The notes beneath the pieces are model-generated. The model was not told the DNA's origin and searched no databases. It saw nothing but the letters and a program-made list of their open reading frames with translations. Made by a program: the position numbers and the translations under genes. From an uncultured Candidatus Saccharibacteria bacterium (lineage in GTDB: Bacteria; Patescibacteriota; WWE3; 2-01-FULL-39-13), in the NCBI GenBank assembly GCA_964510925.1, contig CAZEDS010000001.1:27704-91703 (forward strand): a stretch of DNA of 64,000 nucleotides, in the 5' to 3' direction. Positions within the stretch are counted from its first letter, which is position 1, and each line of letters begins with the position of its first letter. Below are positions 9,359 through 18,439 of the stretch, one piece after another.

Positions 9359-10420
9359 ATGACTTATAGTAAAGCATTTAGATGGATAGTATCTCTATCT
9401 ATCGCAACTCAATTTATTTCACATTCAAGCACAGCTTATGCTTGGGCAACACAACAAAGTACTGCGTCTATATGCGAATCAAATATCGCAAAAATTGCAG
9501 TATCCTTTAAAAATACTGAATACGTAAGCGAGGAGATCAAAACGAATTATTGGTCAATGAACGTTATTGCTACAGACCAAAACACAAACAAATCAATAGA
9601 TTTAGGAACTGTAAAACCAGGTGAGACAAAAACAGGAATAATCAGCACACAAAGTCAATCAACAAGCGCAGGTAACATTAAATTTGACCTAACATGGACA
9701 GATGGCAGAAAAGGAATTGATAGTAGAACATCAGCATATTCAGCAAAAGAATGTGTAGTAGTTACACCAACACCTACTCCTACACCTACAGCGACACCTA
9801 CTCCTAAGCCAACATCAGAAGTTAGACCAAACGAAGATACTGTCGCAATAAATAATGAAACAGCTGATACAACTACAACGGTAGTAGATGCACAATCAAG
9901 CGCATCACAACCTAAAAGTGAAGAATCAAAAGAAAAGAAGCTTTCTATAAGCAAACAAGTACAAGATGCAAATGGAAACTTTGTAGAAAAAATTGAAAAT
10001 ATTTCTAAAGGGCAAACAATCGTTTTTAAAATAAAAGTTAAAAACAACGGAAAAACAGATGTCTCAAATGTCGAAGTAATCGATGAACTACCAAATGCAT
10101 TTGAAAAAATCTCAGGAGAATTATCAAAAGATCTTGGAAATTTAGAAAAAGGAGATAGCTACTCATATTATATCGAAGCAAGAATTAAATCAGGCTACGA
10201 TGTAACCGGAAAATGCATAACAAACGAAGCAAAAGTTGAATACAAAAGTAATGGAAAAACACACAAAGCAGATGACGATGATGCTACCGTATGTTTTATG
10301 GCAAAAGATCCAATAATGGTTTTGCCAAAAACAGGAGATAACGGATATATGAACTTAGTAATAATATTCGCTTCAGCAGGTATGATTACATTTGGACTTG
10401 GTTTAAGAAAAATAGATTAA
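9359..10420 (+). CDS. sortase-anchored (LPXTG) cell-surface protein with Thr/Pro linker and DUF11-like repeat domain
   Basis: Signal peptide, TPTPTPTPTATPTPKPT linker, and a VKNNGKTDVSNVEVIDELP segment resembling the DUF11 conserved repeat. The C-terminus is LPKTG followed by a hydrophobic stretch and an RK tail. Confidence 0.8.
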   Translation: MTYSKAFRWIVSLSIATQFISHSSTAYAWATQQSTASICESNIAKIAVSFKNTEYVSEEIKTNYWSMNVIATDQNTNKSIDLGTVKPGETKTGIISTQSQSTSAGNIKFDLTWTDGRKGIDSRTSAYSAKECVVVTPTPTPTPTATPTPKPTSEVRPNEDTVAINNETADTTTTVVDAQSSASQPKSEESKEKKLSISKQVQDANGNFVEKIENISKGQTIVFKIKVKNNGKTDVSNVEVIDELPNAFEKISGELSKDLGNLEKGDSYSYYIEARIKSGYDVTGKCITNEAKVEYKSNGKTHKADDDDATVCFMAKDPIMVLPKTGDNGYMNLVIIFASAGMITFGLGLRKID

Positions 10421-10450
10421 AAATTCGTTAGGTATATAAATTCCAAAAAA

Positions 10451-10481
10451 GGCGATCGAAAGACCGCCTTTTTTGTTTTAC
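10451..10481 (+). terminator. rho-independent terminator (GNRA-looped hairpin plus T-run)
   Basis: GGCGATC-GAAA-GACCGCC hairpin followed by TTTTTTGTTTT, directly after the 10420 stop. Confidence 0.6.
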
Positions 10482-10508
10482 AAAAGCACATATCACAATA
10501 AACAAATT

Positions 10509-11081
10509 ATGGTTATTATAGTAGGAATGGAAAACCAACCCTCATCATATTGCGATTATGTTGCAACGCTCGACATAACAAACGTCCACCGAATCTATCA
10601 CGACACAGAATATGGGTTCCCAATTAATGACGACAATGAATTATTTGAACGTTTAATTTTAGAAATCAATCAAGCCGGATTAAGCTGGACAACCATCCTA
10701 AATAAAAGAGAAGGTTTCAAAAAAGCTTACGATAAATTCGATATAAAAAAAGTTGCCTCATACACCGAAAAAGATCGAGAAAGATTAATGAACACATCAG
10801 AAATCATACGTAATCGATTAAAAATAAATGCAGCAATACATAACGCGCAAGTTATTTTAGAACTCCAAAAAGAATCAGGCTCATTTAAAAACTGGCTAGA
10901 CAATCACAAAAAAAATACAAAAGAAGAATGGGTCAAACTATTCAAAAAAACTTTCAAGTTTACCGGCGGTGAAATCGTCAACGAATTTTTAACAAGCACC
11001 GCATATTTGCCAGGAGCACATATAAAAGATTGTCCGATTTATAAAAATTCAAACCCTCAACATCCCCCTAAATCCACGTGA
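10509..11081 (+). CDS. tag: DNA-3-methyladenine glycosylase I
   Basis: YHDTEYGFPINDDNELFERLILEINQAGLSWTTILNKRE matches the Tag core (YHDxEWG ... E..QAGLSW). Start moved to the Met downstream of the terminator. Confidence 0.8.
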   Translation: MVIIVGMENQPSSYCDYVATLDITNVHRIYHDTEYGFPINDDNELFERLILEINQAGLSWTTILNKREGFKKAYDKFDIKKVASYTEKDRERLMNTSEIIRNRLKINAAIHNAQVILELQKESGSFKNWLDNHKKNTKEEWVKLFKKTFKFTGGEIVNEFLTSTAYLPGAHIKDCPIYKNSNPQHPPKST

Positions 11082-11591
11082 GGCATAATATGATTCTGCA
11101 CCGTTATGATAAGTAAAAACATGATCGTATCTTCGATCACAAAAAATCGCTCCACCTAAAGTTCTAATCTCATCAGGCGTTTTTATCCAGCTCGAAGTTT
11201 TCAAATCAACGGCCTCAATTTCTTGCAACATTTTATATTGATCCTCATCTAAAAGATCAATACCCATACTTTCACACAGATCAACCACATTATTTTTGGG
11301 CTTAAATTCTTTTCTTGAATCGAGAGCTTTTCGATCATAACAAAGACTTCGACGACCTTTTGGACTTTCAGATGAACAATCATAAAAAATATGCGCACCA
11401 GTTTTTTTATCAAAATCCACGACATCAGGTTCACCACCAGTAGATTCCATAGCATTAAGAGATTTTATTTTTTCAGCATTCAAATTTAATTTTGATTCGA
11501 CATCAGACCATTTAATATTTTTATGACGATGCATATTTTTTTCAAATCTCGTTTTCAAAATATTTAATAGATCTTGGTTTTTAGATTCCAT
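11049..11591 (-). CDS. hypothetical protein (DUF4256-like?)
   Basis: 180-aa ORF. Its 3' end overlaps the tag stop region by 33 nt. Confidence 0.5.
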   Translation of the reverse strand: MESKNQDLLNILKTRFEKNMHRHKNIKWSDVESKLNLNAEKIKSLNAMESTGGEPDVVDFDKKTGAHIFYDCSSESPKGRRSLCYDRKALDSRKEFKPKNNVVDLCESMGIDLLDEDQYKMLQEIEAVDLKTSSWIKTPDEIRTLGGAIFCDRRYDHVFTYHNGAESYYASRGFRGMLRV

Positions 11592-11597
11592 AAGATA

Positions 11598-11918
11598 TCA
11601 AACAATTCCAAAATAAAGCAAAGTTAAAACAACGATCGTAATAGCGCCAAAAATACCAACGGTTTTTACAAAAAAATTAACAGCATCTTTCTTCTTTCCT
11701 TCAATAAGCAAAAGAACAGGCTGATAAAAAAAGATATATGCCATAACCGCAACAGATAAAGTTAAAATCGAAAGAAAAACAATCGGCGCAAAAAAAGTAT
11801 CTGGTTTATCCTGCAACGGCTCGGTTACAAATTTCATAATCGTAACGCCCAAAAGAATATATAAAAAAGCGGCAACAGCATTTATAAAAGGATTCTTAGT
11901 CATAATGTCATTATACAT
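11598..11918 (-). CDS. small integral membrane protein (3 TM)
   Basis: 106-aa hydrophobic ORF immediately upstream of the 11049..11591 gene on the same strand. Confidence 0.5.
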   Translation of the reverse strand: MYNDIMTKNPFINAVAAFLYILLGVTIMKFVTEPLQDKPDTFFAPIVFLSILTLSVAVMAYIFFYQPVLLLIEGKKKDAVNFFVKTVGIFGAITIVVLTLLYFGIV

Positions 11919-11949
11919 GTATAGAAAATGTGATTGATTAGCGTAGCGA

Positions 11950-12370
11950 AAAAGAATAATGGGGAGGGAGACGAGGCTATGATTTATTTGTGATTTCTAT
12001 AAAAAAGATACATATGTATCTAATAGGAATCACCCCCGCTCCCTCCCCAATTCACAAGAGATTATTTTTCTTCCCCTCTCGTGCTGGGAAGCTTGAACTT
12101 GCAGATAAACCTGCAAGCTCAATGGTGGCTCGGTATTAACCCCGAGCCTTTGCACATGCAACTGTATTGGATTTCCTTGCGGAGAATCCATGGCTTCGAC
12201 TTATAAAAATCGAAGTCATCGATTGAAGTATTAACCCTCCAATCCAAGCTGAATGATTTTGGGCATGCACCAAAAACATTACTGGTTCAAAATTTTATAT
12301 TTAAAATAGGAAAAGTCAAGAAAATGTACTGATTTTAAGGCGGTTATTATAGAAGTCCTGATATAATCCC
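11950..12370. ncRNA. candidate structured ncRNA or MITE-like element in a 450-bp gene-free gap
   Basis: An 88-nt near-perfect hairpin (GGGGAGGGAG ... CTCCCTCCCC, 11961-12048) has an internal palindromic loop. It is followed by a 12-bp hairpin (12093-12129). Two hairpins (12127-12148 and 12221-12244) carry identical loops TATTAACC. No ORF lies on either strand. Confidence 0.3.
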
Positions 12371-12373
12371 TTT

Positions 12374-13009
12374 ATGGCAGCTCCAATAACACATATTGTT
12401 TTCTCTGAAAAACTCTTTAATAAATTTAAGTTAACACACGACAAAAAAATTTTTATGGTAGGAACTAGTTTTCCTGACATAAGATATTTAGGTGTGATTA
12501 ACCGAGAAACTACACATCTAAAAGTTTCAAGTTTAGAAGAAATATTAAAAGATTCAAATGCGTTTACCGCTGGGCTTAAATTTCATAATTGGCTAGATCT
12601 AATAAGAGAAGACTATATAAAAACCAACAATATATACGATATGGTTGAAAGCAATTCAAAATATGTAACGCAAGCCCTCAAACTTTTAGAAGATCAAATT
12701 TTTTATAGAAAAATTAGCGATTGGAATGAAATTCAAAACTACTTTAACGAAACTCAACCAGAAGAACTATCATTTGGGATTAATGAAACTGATATTAAAA
12801 AATGGCATCAAGCATTACAAAATTATTACGCAACAGAACCAAACCTAAAAAGTTTAAGCAAATTCGCAAATACTATTAACCTACCAATAAATGCAGATAA
12901 AGAAATTTATGCACTTTTAGAACGATGGAAATCGGATCAAAAACTAATGACCTTAGTTGAATCGATGTATGATAACTTAACACTTGATGGTGCAAGTAAC
13001 ACAAACTGA
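12374..13009 (+). CDS. hypothetical protein
   Basis: 211-aa ORF. TATAAT at 12362-12367 lies only 6 nt before the ATG, so the transcript may be leaderless. Confidence 0.5.
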   Translation: MAAPITHIVFSEKLFNKFKLTHDKKIFMVGTSFPDIRYLGVINRETTHLKVSSLEEILKDSNAFTAGLKFHNWLDLIREDYIKTNNIYDMVESNSKYVTQALKLLEDQIFYRKISDWNEIQNYFNETQPEELSFGINETDIKKWHQALQNYYATEPNLKSLSKFANTINLPINADKEIYALLERWKSDQKLMTLVESMYDNLTLDGASNTN

Positions 13010-13051
13010 GTTATATTTTTTATATTACTTATTTAATAAAAATTCAAAAAC

Positions 13052-13687
13052 ATGAACAAAAAACCACTTCTACATAAATTGCTGACCACAAAAGTATTTG
13101 CGTCATTTTCAGCCGGAATAATTACTTTAGTATTAGCAATCACAATAGTTAAAGCCCAAAACGTAAACAGTATTAATGTTTGTGCAGCAAATGGATCAGG
13201 ACTCTTACGCCTTGTTAGTAGTATTGCAGACTGTAAACAAACAGAAACCCCTTTAAGCTGGCAAACCCAAACAAACAACAGCTCAGCAAGTGGTTTAAAA
13301 GTTTATGACTCACAAAATCAAGAAGTCGGACTAGTTTTAGATCCTTCAAGAGTCGCCAGGCAAATAGGTTCTAGATGGGTTTTCTTTGAAATTTGGGAAA
13401 ATAAGATTCCACAAACTAGTGCCTGGATGGAATACGCATCAACTGATTGCACTGGAACTCCATATATGGAATATAGCTCAATACTTGGATACGCAAAAGT
13501 TATAGGAAATCAAATTTATTACATGGATAGCAATACGCAACAAAGACATATGCTCTCGGCACAAAATTTAAACACCGATGGAACATATGGAGCATGCGAA
13601 CAATGGGATCACGAAAGAATAAATGCAACAGTTTTAACTAATACGCTTCCAAACTTTATCGCACCATTCCACGTAAGCCTACAATGA
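13052..13687 (+). CDS. hypothetical secreted protein (signal peptide, Cys-containing)
   Basis: N-terminal signal-like segment LTTKVFASFSAGIITLVLAITIVKAQ. No domain recognised. Confidence 0.5.
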   Translation: MNKKPLLHKLLTTKVFASFSAGIITLVLAITIVKAQNVNSINVCAANGSGLLRLVSSIADCKQTETPLSWQTQTNNSSASGLKVYDSQNQEVGLVLDPSRVARQIGSRWVFFEIWENKIPQTSAWMEYASTDCTGTPYMEYSSILGYAKVIGNQIYYMDSNTQQRHMLSAQNLNTDGTYGACEQWDHERINATVLTNTLPNFIAPFHVSLQ

Positions 13688-13934
13688 AAACACTGTGATT
13701 AAAAGTCATTCGAAGCATAATATTTAGGGTGATTATTTAAATGGCTCCGCTAGTGAAAAAAATTGGAATTGTTATATCAGAAGAATCTTATTAAAAAATA
13801 CAATCAAAATGACCATTAAAAACAGAAACCCTATTAGGAAAATCTTACCAACAGGAGAAGCTTCTCTTATTTTTTGTAAATAACGTAAATTTGAGTCGAG
13901 CCACATGGTTATATCGTACCAGATTCAAAAAAAG

Positions 13935-14009
13935 TGGCTCCGCGACTTGGATTCGAACCAAGAACCTTGAAGTTAACAGCTTCCTGCTCCACCGTTGAGC
14001 TATCGCGGA
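13935..14009 (-). tRNA. tRNA-Asn (anticodon GTT)
   Basis: Cloverleaf with anticodon loop CTGTTAA, T-loop GGTTCGAATCC, and encoded CCA. Confidence 0.9.
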
Positions 14010-14083
14010 ATAAGAGGTAAATATTGTTCTAACTTGTGGTATTTTAACAGATTTAGAAGAAATTTTTAATACCGCACAAAATA

Positions 14084-14446
14084 CTAAAACCCCATCGCAA
14101 ATTCTAGGTATCGGATATAAAGCCCAATCAAAAGGATCGGCAAGATCGTCAAAACGGTAACAACAACCTTTGTCTTTAATTTCCAATCGTCATTCCAAAG
14201 CCACATTGTTATTAACCCAATTGGCCCAAGAACCGTAAGTAAAACGATTGTTATGAATGACCGACTCTTCGCTGACAGCCCTAATACCATTGATTCTGCA
14301 GGTGAATTGCTCTCATTTTGAATAGCTATAAAATCTTGAATTGGATTAGGTGTAGTTGGCGGATTTGTATTATTTATTTCCATGTTATATCTATAAGCTA
14401 TCACAAATACAATATGAACCCAACCAAGGGCGAATATTGTAGGCAC
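14084..14446 (-). CDS. small membrane protein (hypothetical)
   Basis: 120-aa ORF with two or three TM segments. The overlapping 13845..14186 ORF covers the tRNA and is judged spurious. Confidence 0.4.
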   Translation of the reverse strand: MPTIFALGWVHIVFVIAYRYNMEINNTNPPTTPNPIQDFIAIQNESNSPAESMVLGLSAKSRSFITIVLLTVLGPIGLITMWLWNDDWKLKTKVVVTVLTILPILLIGLYIRYLEFAMGF

Positions 14447-14474
14447 AACCTGTTGAAATGCTATTATGTATTAA

Positions 14475-15014
14475 ATGAAACTTAGCCCAAGATCAACGCT
14501 TTTACAAAAAGCATCAGCAATAAGAAATACTGTTTTATCCGCAAACGATGGGGTTATAACCACATTTGCTGTTGTCGCGGGTGCAAATGGAGCCAATTTA
14601 AGCTCCAAAACAGTAATTCTGTTAGGACTTGCGAATCTTTTGGCAGACGGAATATCAATGTCTTCTGGGAACTATTTAGGCATGGAAAGTGAGAACGAAA
14701 TACTTGGGAAAAAACCGGCAACAAGCGAAAACTCATCACCAGTTAAAAGTGCACTCATAACATTTTCATCATTTGTAATCGCAGGTGCAATCCCATTATT
14801 TCCTTATATATTTATTGAACACCAAGAAATTAGGTTCTACTCATCCATAATTCTAGTAATAGCAACGCTAATTGGTTTAGGATTTATCCGTGGAAATTTC
14901 TCAAAAAAGCATCCAATTACAACTATTTTTGAAACGGTACTCATCGGGGGAGTTTCCGCAATTATTGCCTATATGATCGGCTATTGGGGAAACATTTTTA
15001 TGAACGGCTACTAG
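14475..15014 (+). CDS. VIT1/CCC1 family (iron/manganese transporter-like, PF01988) membrane protein
   Basis: N-terminal SANDGVITTFAVVAG motif typical of the VIT family, and a hydrophobic C-terminal half. Confidence 0.7.
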   Translation: MKLSPRSTLLQKASAIRNTVLSANDGVITTFAVVAGANGANLSSKTVILLGLANLLADGISMSSGNYLGMESENEILGKKPATSENSSPVKSALITFSSFVIAGAIPLFPYIFIEHQEIRFYSSIILVIATLIGLGFIRGNFSKKHPITTIFETVLIGGVSAIIAYMIGYWGNIFMNGY

Positions 15015-15043
15015 AAAGGTTAATGAAAACTTATCTAAAATTT

Positions 15044-15120
15044 TTCTGAAGGTAGCAAGAGATTCCGAAGAGTAGCTCTTGCGTATCAATCATTCCGCTA
15101 GTGCGGAATAGATTGATGAC
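15044..15120. repeat. two-hairpin conserved motif, copy A (3' of rpoD)
   Basis: GCAAGAG-ATTCCGAAGAGTA-GCTCTTGC, then CAATCATTCCGC-TAGT-GCGGAATAGATTG. Copies at 31903 and 56452 share the architecture with compensatory changes. Confidence 0.6.
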
Positions 15121-15156
15121 CAAAACAAATTTTTGATAAGTTTTCAATTAAACCGT

Positions 15157-16425
15157 TTACCCTAAATAATCCTTTAATTTTCGGCTTCTTGAAGGATGCT
15201 TTAGTTTTCTTAAAGCTTTAGCTTCGATTTGTCTGATACGTTCTCTAGTAACTCCAAAAACTTTACCGACTTCTTCAAGTGTTCTTGGCTTGTTATCTTT
15301 GAGCCCAAATCTAAGTTCTAAAACTTTTTTCTCACGATCACTTAAGCTTTCTAAAACTTCTTCAACATGGGTTTTTAAAAGTTCATATGAAGCAAAATCT
15401 TCAGGACTAAAAGAGGTTTCATCTTTAATAAATTCATAAAGCTCTGTATCTCCGTCTGGTCCAATACGAGCTTGCAAACTACTTGGCTCTTGAGAAATCT
15501 TAATGATTTCTTCAACCTTTAATGGGTCAAGTTCCATAACTTTACCGATTTCTTTTGCAGTAGGTTCACGTTCATATTTTTGGCTCAACTCGCGTTGTAC
15601 TTTTTTGAGCTTATTAATAGTTTCAATCATGTGCACAGGAATACGAATAGTTCTAGCTTGATCAGCGATAGCTCTTGTAATTGCTTGTCTAATCCACCAT
15701 GTTGCATAGGTTGAAAACTTGAAACCTCTTCTCCAATCAAATTTATCAACAGCACGCATCAAACCCATATTTCCTTCTTGGATCAAATCTGGAAATGTTA
15801 AACCACGATTCATATGTCTTTTTGCGATTGAAACAACCAAACGTAAGTTTGCATTGATCAAACGATCTCGTGATTTTTTAACTTTGAATTTCATTCCATT
15901 TTCCATGAAGAATTCAAGTTGCTTTCTGTATTCTTTAATACGTTCTGGATCCGGACCTGATTCACCATCATACAAAAAGTCAGCTATTTGTTTTGGTGTT
16001 GGATCTTTTTTGATCTGCTTTTTTAATTCTGCGGTTGCTTCTTGGTATCTCAAAGCTTCAGTCATTTTTGCCAATTCGACTTCTTCTGAAGCAATCAAAA
16101 GATTTTCACGACCAATTTCACGCAAATACATTCTTACAGGATCTCCTGTAACTGCACGATCTAAAGTGGCTTCTAAAGTTGTAGCTTTAAGTTCAGCTTC
16201 AAGAATTAAAAGTTCTTTATCAGCAACTAGCTCTTCTTCGGCAATTTCTTGAACAACATCAATTTTGTTCTCCAAAAGCAATGCATAAACTTTATCTAAA
16301 GTATCGATATCATCTTCGATATTTGGAAAAATCTTTAAAATATCATCATACGAAACAACACCTCTACTAACACCTTTGCTTATAAGGTTTTTGATCTGTG
16401 GATTATCTTTTATAAGATTTGACAT
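15157..16425 (-). CDS. rpoD: RNA polymerase primary sigma factor (sigma-70)
   Basis: Regions 2-4 are recognisable ([28 protein letters not shown]-terminal HTH). Lies downstream of dnaG as in the canonical operon. Confidence 0.9.
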   Translation of the reverse strand: MSNLIKDNPQIKNLISKGVSRGVVSYDDILKIFPNIEDDIDTLDKVYALLLENKIDVVQEIAEEELVADKELLILEAELKATTLEATLDRAVTGDPVRMYLREIGRENLLIASEEVELAKMTEALRYQEATAELKKQIKKDPTPKQIADFLYDGESGPDPERIKEYRKQLEFFMENGMKFKVKKSRDRLINANLRLVVSIAKRHMNRGLTFPDLIQEGNMGLMRAVDKFDWRRGFKFSTYATWWIRQAITRAIADQARTIRIPVHMIETINKLKKVQRELSQKYEREPTAKEIGKVMELDPLKVEEIIKISQEPSSLQARIGPDGDTELYEFIKDETSFSPEDFASYELLKTHVEEVLESLSDREKKVLELRFGLKDNKPRTLEEVGKVFGVTRERIRQIEAKALRKLKHPSRSRKLKDYLG

Positions 16426-16495
16426 GTTTTTTTGGCAAGAAAATGTTAAACAACTTAAGGAAATTTTTCTGACTTTAACTTTTATCTTTCAAAAA

Positions 16496-18439
16496 TCACT
16501 CAATTTGAAGCTTTTTTAGCTCTTCGACATAAGAATTAGTCTCATGTTGAAGCTTCGTTAACTCTTCAGAGTTCGAAACAGCTTCTGTTTTTCTGATTTT
16601 TTGAGAGATTTCTTTTATTTTAAACTGCAAAAACTGCATTTTTAAACGTTTAAGAGTTTTATAAAACTCTACCTCAATGAGGTCGTTTTGGTTAAAATCA
16701 AGCGGATTTTCATGTAAGAGAACCGCTTCGAGTGCCAGCGGCACTTTTTGTGAACTATCCTGTAGTTTATCATAAAATGCTTTAATGTTAAAGCCACCCA
16801 AAGCCTTCGATTCCTCAATGTTTTCAACAAAAAGCAAGAAAAGCTCTTTAAAAATTGGGTTCAAAAAATACTCTACTTTAATATCTTTCAAAAACTTTGT
16901 TATAAGTAATGGCTTAGAATTAAATAAAATATTCAAGACATAAGATTCTTGATTAATTAAAGTTCGTTTATCGACCGATTGCTGTGGCACTGAACTAGGC
17001 TGAACAGACTCAACTGATAACATTTGAACTTGCGGATTTTTGTTTAATTGCGACAACACATTCTGCTCAGGAACATCAAACAAAGTTGCAAACTTCTTTA
17101 CATATTGGCTTTTCATAATTTCATCATTTATTTTTGCAATAACACCAAGCAAAAAGTCTGAGGCTTGTTTTCTAGCAAAGACATCATCAAAGTTGTAATT
17201 ATTCGAAACATAATAAAAGCAAAAATCCCAAATTGGCAAAGCCTTGTCTAAGCAAGACTGAAATACTCGAGGATTTTTTTGCATTAACTCATCAGGATCT
17301 TTTACCTCTTTTGGAAGCACTGCGATTTTTGCATTTATTCCAGATAATTGAATCAGATCAATTGCACGCAATGCTGCATTAACACCAGCTTGATCACCAT
17401 CAAAAACTAAAACAATATTTTTGGTAAATCTTTTTATTAAATTTAAATGTGCAGTCGTTAACGCTGTTCCACAAGTTGCAACAATATTTTTATAGCCATT
17501 TTGATAAGGCGAAATCATATCAAAGTAACCTTCAACTATAATTGCAAAATCATTTTCTTGAATATATTTTTTTGCCTGATACAAACCGTATAAATTTTTT
17601 TCTTTATGATAAACGTCTGATTCTTTTGTATTTAGATATTTTGGAACTTGGTCAGGTTTTAATGCCCTAGCACCAATTGCTATAAATTTTCCAGTAATAT
17701 CTTGCATTGGAATCGTTACTCGTCCTCTAAAAAAATCAAAATATTTTTTTCCATCTTTGCTCAGCTTAATCACACCGGCATCAACTAAATCTTTATTATC
17801 AAATCCTCTTTGTGTTAAAAATTTTGATAGGTTATCCCAACCTTCTGGAGCATATCCAAGTTTAAATTCAGTAATTGTTTCTGGTTTGATTCCACGTTTT
17901 ACAAAATATTGTTGAATAGGTTTTGACGACGGATGCTTTAATAACATTTGATAATAAGCTTCTGCTGCTAATCGATTTATCTCATAAAGAGAATCTAAAT
18001 TTTTAGAGGCTCCAGAGCTTTTTATATTCAAAAGTTGCGGATCAATTCCGGCTTTTTCACCTAAAAATTTTATGGCTTCAGGAAAAGTAAGTCCTTCTTT
18101 TTCCATTGCAAAAGTAACAATATCGCCGCTTTTTGCACACCCAAAACATTTATATCTTTGTATGTCCGAAGAAACTATAAATGATGGCGACTTTTCTGAA
18201 TGGAACGGACAAAGTCCTTTATGATTTTTCCCAACATGCTTAAGCTCAACATAAGTTGAGATGTAATCCACAATATTTAGCTTTTCTTTTATAAGCGTGA
18301 CGGCATCCATATTTGTATAGTTTGTTACCTCCAATATATCAGGAATCACCAAATTTGCAGGAAACGATTTTGAAATCGATGGGTTTTTCTTATATAAAGA
18401 AAGAATAAAAGATAAATTTTTCAAAAATATTTCCGTCAA
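16496..18439 (-). CDS. dnaG: DNA primase
   Basis: CHC2 zinc finger (CPFHSEKSPSF ... CFGC), a TOPRIM region (EGYFD), and 647 aa in length. Confidence 0.9.
   Translation of the reverse strand: MTEIFLKNLSFILSLYKKNPSISKSFPANLVIPDILEVTNYTNMDAVTLIKEKLNIVDYISTYVELKHVGKNHKGLCPFHSEKSPSFIVSSDIQRYKCFGCAKSGDIVTFAMEKEGLTFPEAIKFLGEKAGIDPQLLNIKSSGASKNLDSLYEINRLAAEAYYQMLLKHPSSKPIQQYFVKRGIKPETITEFKLGYAPEGWDNLSKFLTQRGFDNKDLVDAGVIKLSKDGKKYFDFFRGRVTIPMQDITGKFIAIGARALKPDQVPKYLNTKESDVYHKEKNLYGLYQAKKYIQENDFAIIVEGYFDMISPYQNGYKNIVATCGTALTTAHLNLIKRFTKNIVLVFDGDQAGVNAALRAIDLIQLSGINAKIAVLPKEVKDPDELMQKNPRVFQSCLDKALPIWDFCFYYVSNNYNFDDVFARKQASDFLLGVIAKINDEIMKSQYVKKFATLFDVPEQNVLSQLNKNPQVQMLSVESVQPSSVPQQSVDKRTLINQESYVLNILFNSKPLLITKFLKDIKVEYFLNPIFKELFLLFVENIEESKALGGFNIKAFYDKLQDSSQKVPLALEAVLLHENPLDFNQNDLIEVEFYKTLKRLKMQFLQFKIKEISQKIRKTEAVSNSEELTKLQHETNSYVEELKKLQIE

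Noticed and set aside
9655-10047. 130-aa minus-strand ORF
   Set aside because: It is antisense to the LPXTG surface-protein gene within its Thr/Pro repeat region and has no independent support.
11950-12370. Tested whether the structured interval is RNase P RNA, tmRNA, SRP RNA or 6S RNA
   Set aside because: There is no GGAAAGUCCGG / ACAGAAA P4 pair, no tRNA-like 3' end with GGTTCGAATCC, and no SRP domain IV motif. The long hairpin lacks the central bubble of 6S RNA. It is kept only as an unclassified candidate.
13741-13752. Ten-nucleotide repeat of the tRNA-Asn 3' end (TGGCTCCGC) about 190 bp downstream of the tRNA, a possible att remnant
   Set aside because: The match is too short to distinguish from chance in AT-rich sequence, and nothing element-like lies between the copies.
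13845-14186. 113-aa ORF on the minus strand
   Set aside because: It overlaps tRNA-Asn (13935..14009) and the start of the neighbouring membrane-protein ORF. It was treated as a spurious frame.
15719-16252. 177-aa plus-strand ORF
   Set aside because: It is entirely inside the well-supported rpoD gene on the opposite strand.
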